Assembly (NCBI GenBank): GCA_000091205.1 | Contig: AP006499.2 | From: Cyanidioschyzon merolae | Taxonomy: Eukaryota | Reading direction: 5' to 3' (one strand) | Length of the DNA: 64,000 bases | Part shown: positions 42,001 to 51,302 of the stretch, in pieces | Numbering within the stretch: the first letter of the stretch is position 1 | How the letters are laid out: each line of letters opens with the position of its first letter | The notes under the pieces: generated by a model | Told to the model about the DNA's origin: nothing | The model's database searches: none | Seen by the model: the letters and a program-made list of their open reading frames with translations, nothing else | Translations under genes and position numbers: made by a program

Positions 42001-44646
42001 ATAAGCTGCACACCGTGCTGGAAGTGGGGATCCCGGCTACACAGTACACGCACGAGCGAAGCTGCACGGTACACGCTCATGATCAACGATGTGGATGCGG
42101 GTGTAATGGTCTATTCTCAGAGTGTCACATTCTCGAAGAAGCAAGTTCAAGAGCGCGAGACATCATTTTTCGAAATTTATCTGAGCCATGGCGGTCAATG
42201 GCCACAAACATTTGAAGCGGTGTTCCTGTCGGAGGAGTGGCTCGGGGCAGACCAGAAATACGTCCTCCAAACAGATGCCCCTGGTCCGCCACAGAGCCAG
42301 CTAATACGGACGCCACTTCTGAACCTGCGCCTGCTGGGCCGGGAGGCACTCGGATTCGGCCTCGGTGCAGCGTGCGACACATTATTTCCAGGTCTGTCGC
42401 ATCTCAACCCGATCCAGACGCAAATTTGCCACAGCGTTTTGCACTCGGACGCGAGCTTGTTCATTGGGATGCCACCGAACGCTGGGAAGGATCTTGTGCT
42501 GTTACTGTGCATCCTGCGTCAACTACGCGCCAAGCGCAGTGCCCACTGCCGAGTGCTCTACCTCAGTCTTGCTTCGAATAATATGGATGACATGGACGCA
42601 TGTCTCCGCAGGTGGCTCTCCGTGTTGGATGTTCGCCTGCTTGACCTGAGCGATGGCTGCAAGGCAGGGATTCATGACCCAATGGTCGTCTGTTGCGTGA
42701 CGCCCAAGCAGCTGCTCGACTGGCTCCTCGATAAAACAGAGTCAGCGATTGCGTTCTTTGACAGTGTGGATCTTGTGCTGGTCGACAACATGCACCACTT
42801 GAACGAGGACAATGGTGTACTCGCTGAGAGTGCTCTAGTTGCCGTGCGTGCCGTTACTCGAAGATCGACGCGACTGGTTGCCTTTGGGAATCTCATTGGT
42901 AACGCAATGGATCTGGCTTCATGGCTATCTACAAGTCGTATGTACAATTTCGCACTGGAGCATAGCCCTACGCCGATAGCGTTTAGTGTGATCCCTTTCC
43001 GAGAGCGGAACATCGCAGAACGTTTTGCGCGAATGGATCAAACCATTCGTAAGATCGTTCAACATCACAACGCGGAGCAAGTTATTGTGTTGGTGCAGTC
43101 GGATAGGGAATGCATCGAGACCGCTCGTCGGCTGCTGCACGTGGCTGCAGCTGACGGGACATCCCATAGAGCGGGCATAGAAGGACATCTACTAGATGTT
43201 TCTGTTCTGAATGCGGATATTGGCCAGTTCCTTGCTTTCGGGATCGGTGTTCTGGTAGGTGAAATGAATAACGTGCTTCAGAGCCTCATGCAAGATCTTT
43301 TCTCAGCCCGGAAACTTTCATGGTTAGCCGTAGCTTTTCCACTTCTAGATGAGCTGCGATGCAGTGCACCAGTTGTTGTTGTGAAAGGCACGGAGTGGCA
43401 CCTTACAGCTGGCGGAACATGGAAGCATTTGAGTCCAAGCGTACTATTGAAAATCCTGCAACGCTGCGGTTGCCAGGAAATACAACGCGGTTCATTTTAC
43501 CTCCTCGCTTCAGAATCGCGCAAGGCATACTTTCAGAAGCTACTAGAATGTGAAGTTCCCGTCGAGGCAGGCATTCGCACTGAGGAAGACCTTGGCTTGT
43601 TTCTGTGTCAGATGGTTGCAGGCGATCTTGTGTCGGAGCCAGAGGAGAGCTTTCAGCTGACGCGGGAAACGTATCTTTCGCGGCGTCTGGCCCAGAATCC
43701 GAGCTGGTATCCCTGGGTAACCGCGAACGACAATGAAATGCGAACAGTTGTGGAAACGTCTCTCTTGAGGATGGCCAGCATTGGTCTCCTTAGAATCCAA
43801 GCGAGTAGCTCAGCGGTGCTAACCCTCGAACCAACCACGCTTGGTAAGCTGGCTTGTTTCTTCTCTCTGAGACCAATTTTTTTCGAACGCATTAACAATT
43901 TACTGAGTGAGATGAATCAAGAAAAACGCGAGCAGAAAGCCCATGATTTGGCGCATGAAGACCATGCTTGTATGCCCGATTCTTGCAAAGTGGAGGATTC
44001 GATTCCAGACGCTGCAAAGGAAAGCGACAATGGCCCGGCGACCCAAGTGATTCCATATAATGTCGTCCGCTTCGAGACGGCCGCCAGAGAACTGCTCTAC
44101 ATAGGTCTGCGCGAGATAGCACCGCACTGCTCGAGCATGGAGCTGGCGGTGGCGGCGGCAGTCGTAGCGGCTGAAAAGGGTTTTGATCCAGCCGTGTCCC
44201 CCTTGCTAAGATTCGCTAAGGTAGAACGGAAGGAGCACAGGCGAAGCTCCCATGCGCGCCCAACCCCTCGAATTGCGCTGAACGTTAGCAGCGTTGAACG
44301 TGTTCAGCTGAACTGGATCCAGGTGAGTCTTTGCTTTCGGAAAATCGAGCTGGAAGGCATCAACAGGACTCAGCCCGAACGCATATACGCATCGGCACTA
44401 CCTGCTTCCTGCCCGGTTACCAAATTGGTCTGCTTCGCATTTTCTGCTGTGACTGAAGAACTCTTGGGATATGGGATTTCGGAAGAAACTGTTCTCCACG
44501 TAGATCTTGAACTACGGCGACATATTCCCGCTGGTGGCAAACTCAAGCTGAAGCTTTTCTGTTTTCCGGTGGAGCTGACGCATGAAATAGGTGTGAGCTT
44601 GAGCGACGAGCAAATGAGCGCGTCGTCTTCCACCAGAAAGCAGTAA
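39052..44646 (+). CDS. Brr2/ASCC3(Slh1)-family Ski2-like DExH helicase with two helicase-Sec63 cassettes, the second highly degenerate
   Basis: Cassette 1 has '[15 protein letters not shown]', '[27 protein letters not shown]' and '[16 protein letters not shown]', which closely match Brr2/ASCC3. Cassette 2 has 'NPIQTQ' but a Walker A of '[12 protein letters not shown]' and a DEVH replaced by 'VDNMHH'. It is 1864 aa in a single ORF. Confidence 0.85.
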   Translation: [1864 protein letters not shown]

Positions 44647-45283
44647 GGCTACCATAAACCGCGCAAGGCACCCTACGGTGAGATCATCTGTTGGTGCACC
44701 TGTGCATGACTGCTGGTCCACGTCGAGTTGAGACTCTGATTCCGCGTAATTACGAAGAATCTCTCGGGCTGACGACGAGCATGGAAAGCAAAGCGTTCAA
44801 CTGCAGACGCTCCCAAACTCTGTGGATGCTCCCGGGTACATGCCAAGAGGTCACTCAGAAGTACTTGAGGTCGCAATTACTCTGCATACGAGACTCAAAG
44901 CCGACAATGGGAAGCAATCGCAAACTTGTCAGGGGACATGGCGATCATGAATGTAAAAGCACGCAGGTGCGGGAGAAAACTCTCGAGCGTGCCGAAATAA
45001 TTTTCTAGCATGCAAGAGATCCGAAATGCGGTATCCCTCACCGCAGGCTGCAGCAGGTACCAGCATCAAGCCAAGGGCATTTGGCATCCCTAATGACTAA
45101 TTTTCCTCGAGACGAATGCGTTGACGAAAACCCTGCGAATGCGAGTCATCTAGCGATTTGAACCGCATTCACTGCGCTGGTAAATGTGCGCATGCTCACT
45201 AGTCCCCACAGCGAAGTGCATTTTGTATACGGCTGCTATGGGCAAGTCTGCAATGACTCCGACTCCGGCCGAACGTCGCACTT

Positions 45284-46219
45284 TCAGACACTGGAACGCG
45301 CGCCAGCTTTCCGGTCATGTCCATGGCAATCTGCCGGAGAGTCCATGAAGCAATGAATATCCGGCGGAAACGAGGCATCTGGCCACTGATCATCGCCACC
45401 ATGGAGCCACTGATCTCGTTTCTCCGCGATGAGCGCGAAATACTTCCGATCCTCATCGGGAACATGCAGAATCTCTGCGAGCTTTAACCAGACGAGTTCG
45501 TCTTGAGGCCGCAATGGGTTTCGTGAGCTCGTCGATAATCCAGGAATGTTGGCGCCGCTTGAAGTATTCGTGTCTATGGGTCCACGGTGCACTCCATCGA
45601 GCAACGTTGCTGCGACGTCGTCAGGGCTGCATACCTGCTCAACCTCGGAGTCCGACGACCACGAATCAATGACGGATGTCGACCCTTCGGAATCAGTGAT
45701 GGTGGCGTCCTGGTCCGCCGAAGAAACGCTTAGAGCGAGCTGCGCAGCAGCGACAAACTCGACAGCCTCTACGGGCTGCGAGCGCTCCTCGGTACTCGTC
45801 TCCGGTTCCTCTATTCGAGTTGAGGCACTCGTTACACAGGTTAGTAAACCCTCAACTCTCGGTTCGAAATCATCGGAAGTTGCACCCTGAGCATATGAAG
45901 CTCTACCCTCTCGAAGGATGCTGAGCTCGCTAACCAGCCGGTTCCGCAACGTCACTGCGGACACATAATCTCCCTTTAAAGACTCTGACTCTTGCGCGAC
46001 TTCAACGCTCCCCTTGACTGATTTTTGGAACAGAAGCAGCCTGCCAAGCGGGCGATAAATGGATCCCGAACCAAAGGATCCCATTTCTAGACAGCACACT
46101 GCTTCGGTCTGATGCTGATAGGAACCGAAAGAAACAAGTCGGTAATGGACTTCGATGTGGAGGCTGTTAACGCGCACGTTAGGGACGAGCGGCCGATCGG
46201 ATGCTGTCGTTCGGTGCAA
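45284..46219 (-). CDS. Hypothetical Ser/Asp-rich protein
   Basis: It is a 311-aa ORF. The opposite strand only has a 114-aa ORF. No family was recognised. Confidence 0.3.
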   Translation of the reverse strand: MHRTTASDRPLVPNVRVNSLHIEVHYRLVSFGSYQHQTEAVCCLEMGSFGSGSIYRPLGRLLLFQKSVKGSVEVAQESESLKGDYVSAVTLRNRLVSELSILREGRASYAQGATSDDFEPRVEGLLTCVTSASTRIEEPETSTEERSQPVEAVEFVAAAQLALSVSSADQDATITDSEGSTSVIDSWSSDSEVEQVCSPDDVAATLLDGVHRGPIDTNTSSGANIPGLSTSSRNPLRPQDELVWLKLAEILHVPDEDRKYFALIAEKRDQWLHGGDDQWPDASFPPDIHCFMDSPADCHGHDRKAGARSSV

Positions 46220-46276
46220 GGCACGCGGACGTCCGAAACTTGAACGTTAAAGCGAATATCGCTGAGCGTTTCGCTC

Positions 46277-46831
46277 TTGGAGGTTTCTGACTCGTTTCGA
46301 GCAGAGCACTGCACCTCTGTGGATCTTGTGATAGAATATGGGGAAATGACACTTGAGAAAAAAGAGTACGGTGCGCCTGGTTTCTGGCCTGGGTCGATGA
46401 TAGGCAGGGTGCACGCGTTCGAAACGCCGGCCCCGCTGACGAGAGCACAGCTCGACCGGCTTCGCGACGAGTTCTTTGAGACCCGTACAGAAGGCCACCT
46501 GGAAATTTGGACTGCTATAAGGGCTGCTTCTCATGCACAAGAAGCGGGCGACGATGAGTTGGCATACGCAATTATCACGGCTGTTGGGATCCTGCCTGCG
46601 GAGGTGGGTCCTGCCGGTGAAGGGCTTGGCGAACGTATCCCCTTTGCTGAACAGCCTCTGGACCGTCTACTCGGGATGATATGCGGTTGTTGTTTTCCGG
46701 CTTTTACGCGTTACCGGACGTTGGAACGTGTATATGACCAGCGTGGTTTTCTGTACGAAACGCCGAAAGAGTGCATTGCGACACCGTCGAACGTGCTGCC
46801 AGATGAAAGCACTGAAGCCTCAGCACGCTAG
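46277..46831 (+). CDS. UBTD (ubiquitin-domain-containing protein) N-terminal DC-UbP domain protein
   Basis: 'LTRAQLDRLRDEFFETRTEGHLEIWTAIRAASHAQEAGDDELAYAIITAVGI' matches human UBTD1/2 '[31 protein letters not shown]...DHELAQAIIDGANI'. No ubiquitin-like domain is seen in this ORF. Confidence 0.6.
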   Translation: MEVSDSFRAEHCTSVDLVIEYGEMTLEKKEYGAPGFWPGSMIGRVHAFETPAPLTRAQLDRLRDEFFETRTEGHLEIWTAIRAASHAQEAGDDELAYAIITAVGILPAEVGPAGEGLGERIPFAEQPLDRLLGMICGCCFPAFTRYRTLERVYDQRGFLYETPKECIATPSNVLPDESTEASAR

Positions 46832-47489
46832 AAAGCAAAATGGATGGCGGTCTCCTGCAAGGCAATATCGAGAGGCAGGTAGCCTGCTAAGTCGCGCGCC
46901 GTTTGCGCGGCGCGTTGCTTTCGCAGCGCATACGAGGCTCTTCACCGAGGCTATTTGTTAGTTGATCCGTCGCCTGCGAGCTTGCGCAGTTCTGAGGTTA
47001 CGGGCGAAACGCCTCCGACAGCATGATGGATACGAAAAGATTTTGCAGACGCTACTTTGAGAGCGAGATTGTTGCTCATGGCTCTTAGCAGAAACCGTGA
47101 AAATGTTCCTTGGCGCCGTTCGTTGCACCGATGTCAGACGATAGTCTTTCAGTTGAATTTTGTTTCAACCTCAATGCAGTGTATAGCAGTAGATCGAAAT
47201 TACTGTGCAATGTACCCTATAGATCGTGTACGATTTGTCTGTAGGATATATTCTTTATTAAACAGTGCAAGCAGATCTGCATTCCTCATTCAGCTCTATC
47301 ATACAACGGTGTTCAGAATGTTGAGGAACACCGAAAGGAAGAGTTATATGCGCTCCGCGCCGAAAACCGATCTGCCCAGAGCGTGCCTCCGGTCAAATGT
47401 AGAAAACGATCCTTTGATTACCTTTTACGGAAGGCAAAATCAACGACAGTAACAGCTGCGGGTGTCTCTGTTGCTCTACAGCTTGTTTT

Positions 47490-48048
47490 TTGGTTCTGAA
47501 ACCCCCGCGATACAGCCGCGAAAAAAGCGCCCTAGTTCATTCACGGCCAACTTGCACAGAAATCGCAATAACGGAATTCCTGGAACGTCGCGATCGATAT
47601 GGAGCACATCTACGTCGGTTTGATTTTTCAGTCGATGAGACTGCCTTCGGAAGAAGCTGTCGGAGCGGTTATGTGTATTTTCGGAGCGGAGCGCCTGTTG
47701 TATGTACGATCGAACTCGAAGAGAATGACGACATCATCATTTGTTCTAGCCGCCGTGGATTCATTAGGCGGCCTCAGTTTCGCTCGTAGAGAAGGCTCGT
47801 CCAACAGCGACCACCGCCTGGAGTCATTGAAAGCATTTCCCCTGACGTCTGGCGAAATACTTCTACTGGACCACGTTGCATTCAACTATCCCCAATGCGT
47901 CCGAGCCTTTGGTAAATCTATCGAAGTACAGCTGCTTTTCGTTCCCTCTTTCTCTCCGGGGTTCAACACCATCGAAGGGGAGATTTCAATCGTGAAACGT
48001 AATAATCGCTCCACTGGACGAATCGGTGGAGCCTTCAGCACACGGTGA
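47490..48048 (+). mobile_element. Frameshifted Tc1/mariner (IS630-Tc1) DDE transposase remnant
   Basis: Two overlapping ORFs in different frames carry the DDE_3 motifs in order. 'FSVDETAFGRSCRSGYVYFRSG' matches Tc1 'LFSDESTFTLQGSQGRLYVWRRKGE'. 'ILLLDHVAF...VQLLFVPSFSPGFNTIEGEISIVKR' matches Tc1 'FQQDNDPKH...[24 protein letters not shown]'. Confidence 0.6.
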
Positions 48049-48248
48049 CACGTCGGGACACATGTCGTCATGCTTCCGCGAGTCCTTCTCCCTCCGGGAA
48101 GGTCCTCACCAAAGGACATAAATAAGTGCATTCATTTTCTAAAATAAATTACCTAAAGAAAAAGCATGGATATGGAAGTTGAGGATCCTTGGGGGTCGTC
48201 ATCGGTGGCTGCCGGTAAAAAACGAAGAAAGTCACTTTTTCCCGATCA

Positions 48249-48524
48249 TTGAGCACAGAAGAGAAAGTGAAGAACAAAAAGAAGAGGGCAGATAGGCGAG
48301 AAGAGGTATTTGCAGGACAGGACGACGACGAGACCCTGGTGACACGGAGGGCACAATTTCTAGCAATCCTTGCAATGATGAGTTCAACCAGCGGCAACTC
48401 ACGCAAGGAGTTTGTGAGCCGAGATTTCAATGTCGCCATCATTATCAGACGTTGTGTCGTGCTGAAGACGAGACCCGACGAGCTGCAGCGATCCTACTTC
48501 GCGAGGCAGCCTCTCAGGCTCTAA
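48249..48524 (+). mobile_element. Tc1/mariner N-terminal HTH fragment (paralogue of 6507-6824 and 63535-63954)
   Basis: 'EFVSRDFNVAIIIRRCVVLKTRPDELQRSYFARQPLRL' aligns with the other two copies, and 'MMSST' is shared with the 63.5-kb copy. It is truncated by a stop right after the GRPR-like motif. Confidence 0.45.
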
Positions 48525-50456
48525 GTGTGCTGTGCAGAACTGAAGCCGAGAGCAGGTGGCCGGTCGAAAATGGCGGGGAGGCGTCTGTGAATGAGTATAT
48601 ATATACAGTTTTTGGCCGTGAGAAGTTTTTGCTTTACATGAAAATGTAAGATGAAATACTCGCTATGTTCCTATTTTGCGTTATTTTCGAACTGTTTGAT
48701 TAAATGCACAGTCTCGACATTCGAATTGCACCAGTAAATGCTTACGGATTCATAGGCAATTTTGGGATCCTCCGTCTCCCTTCCGGAGGATGTTCTTTGA
48801 CGCTTCGCAGCTGGAACTCTTGACGATCTCGGAATCGAGATGATTTGCGATGCACTCGAACAAGCAATCGTAAAATAGCTGATATGGTTATCCATTTCAT
48901 ACGTGCAAGCATATAGTCTTCTCCGTTCCGTATGTGCAGCAAGCTTACATCACGCATGTTTAAAGATTTTCTTGCTTCTATTTCAACGCAATTTGCTGGC
49001 GCAGCAATTTGCGTCGTTACATTGACGCAGAAAAATCATGATGTAGTTCCTTAACGACTTCTGCATTGGCTTACATAGAAAGTTTAATGAAACCATCACG
49101 AAATATAATCGCATCCGTTCGAACGAGAAATCCTCCTTTCATGGTGGCCATCGACGAGACGTCTTTCGATATTAGCGAAATACCTTTCACGGGAAATGTT
49201 TTCAGAGACGTCGGTGCTTTCTGTTTGCGCGGAAACTGATTTTGAGCTCGCGCTCCAGTCAGAGCAATGATCGATTTCAGTGGAGAGATTGTCAGTGCTT
49301 CACACAAATGGAACGTAGACAAATCGAAAAGTCTCGATATTCCCACCGATAATTTTTTCATCAAGGACAACGCACCGTTCGACAAATCGTCTATTATACG
49401 GAACAGCATGCACTTGCACATGCAGCCGAAGGAGTACTTGCTAGCGGATCGCCAAGCTCAAGCCGATGATCGAACGGAAGGAGATAGGGCTCGCTAACGG
49501 AAAAGGTCACTCATGCTAGCCGCTTGTACCCGTCCAAAACATGGAGTGAACAATGAAGCATGCGTTTATGCGCGTCATGGTGGCTCTCGGAGGAGGTTTG
49601 GTGGATACACACGTAAACCTGAATAAAGCCATGTGTACCCGTAGAGAATGTCGCCACAAGGCTGGATACATGGATGCTGAAAATGACACGAGATGTGCAG
49701 ATCGCAGATACAATATGGCTGTGAAATGCATGAACAAGAGCCGGAAATTGCGAAATCAAGACAAACGCGCTGCCATCGACATCCTTCGATTGCTGACAAC
49801 GGAGCTGGAGGGGTACGAGAGACCACGAGTTTTTATAGCCAGAGATAGTAAAGTGGAAATGGAACAGTCACCGGAAAGCCCTCAAAAGCTGGTTTTCATG
49901 AGAGTTGGTAGACGCTCAACCTTAAGAGTATACTCCCGAGATAGCTGGGTGGACCAGTTCCATTTTAGTCTGCCATCGGTGCGAGGCCGAGTCAGGTGCA
50001 CTCAGATCTTACGAGTTTAAAGCTCCATCCAAAGAGGCAAATATCGGAAATGTTTCTGTTGTTTTCACTGTAAAACCAAGCTGAAAGCAGAAAATCTGAT
50101 CATTCCAGACACGATTCAGCATTTGAGGAGACGTACGTGATACGTGACGTGAACACTGGGCCTCGGACGGCAGGTCTACCGTTGTTAAAAATCGCGGACG
50201 AGTATCCGTGGGTCAGTTGCCAGCAGCAGCTTTCCCAGGTAAATACTCAGATCCATGAACACGATGTGTTACAGCTGGAGATTCGCTCAGAGCAGCTATG
50301 GATCATGGTCGTTGAAACGCAGTACAACTCTGCCTTCTGTTGCGTTGTCCGCGACGGCCCACCCAGTAGTTTCTAGAGGATTTTAGAAACTTACATTTCT
50401 CTATGTTGGATGTCAATGGTACCGCACAAGGTCTCCTGGGTCCAGAGGCTGTCTTT

Positions 50457-51302
50457 TCAGGGTGTCTTGGATACGTTTGGGTGTGACTCCTTTGCGGGTA
50501 ATGCCATGGGTGTCTTCCTGCGCAAAAGTCTCGAGAAATGCGCTGTACCACCTAGTCGTCCCACTGCAGCAGCTAGCGTCGATGCACCAAAGCGCTTCAT
50601 GGTTCTGTATGTTGGCGCTCGATCCGGTGGAAGGCGATGTGCGGCGATGAATGTTTTTAGCTCGACAAGGGTACGCCTCTTGTCATTCCAGTATCCATTG
50701 GGTCTCCGATGAGCTTTCAGTCCGAGTTGCTCAGCTACCTTGGGAAATCCCCCGTGTTTGCGGATCGCACGGATGAGATCTGAGCGATGATGAGCCGCCA
50801 GCTGCCCAGCTGTAGGCATCGTGTCCTTTGCCTCGAGATGTTCGGCGATGAAGCTTTGTAGTTCCTTGGCGAGATTATCAAAGTCTTTCCAGTAGTTGTG
50901 TGGCATCATGCGTCCACGCCGCAGATCGACCGCAAAAGTCACATATAAACTTCTTGGTTGAGAGACGCACGCAGGTTTCAGGTTCAGCTTCGCTGCTACG
51001 GCCTGCCAACCGCCGTGCAGTCGAATAGGGTAAAGTAGATCTGGTCGGGGAAAGCTTGCGGATATAAACTGTTGCTCGCTAGGTAGCTGGTTCAAATTAT
51101 CCCAACCGTTCAGGCGAAGAAACTCGCGGACTTCTTTCTCGAGGTTTGCAGCATCTTTCCAGTAACCCCGTGGTTTCCGTTTCCTCGTACCAGTCTCATT
51201 CTGCTCCCGTTGACTTTGAGGCGGTGTCAGTTCGCACTTGACCCCACACTTCAAGCGAGACGAAATCCTTGTGTGCGAGAGGTTCACGCTTGCTAACCAC
51301 AT
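50457..51302 (-). CDS. Hypothetical protein built from three tandem ~65-aa repeats (HTH/Myb-like?)
   Basis: The repeats are 'GYWKDAANLEKEVREFL...IRLHGGWQAVAAKLNLK', 'NYWKDFDNLAKELQSFI...IRKHGGFPKVAEQLGLK' and 'GYWNDKRRTLVELKTFI...VGRLGGTAHFSRLL'. It is a 281-aa ORF. Confidence 0.45.
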   Translation of the reverse strand: MWLASVNLSHTRISSRLKCGVKCELTPPQSQREQNETGTRKRKPRGYWKDAANLEKEVREFLRLNGWDNLNQLPSEQQFISASFPRPDLLYPIRLHGGWQAVAAKLNLKPACVSQPRSLYVTFAVDLRRGRMMPHNYWKDFDNLAKELQSFIAEHLEAKDTMPTAGQLAAHHRSDLIRAIRKHGGFPKVAEQLGLKAHRRPNGYWNDKRRTLVELKTFIAAHRLPPDRAPTYRTMKRFGASTLAAAVGRLGGTAHFSRLLRRKTPMALPAKESHPNVSKTP

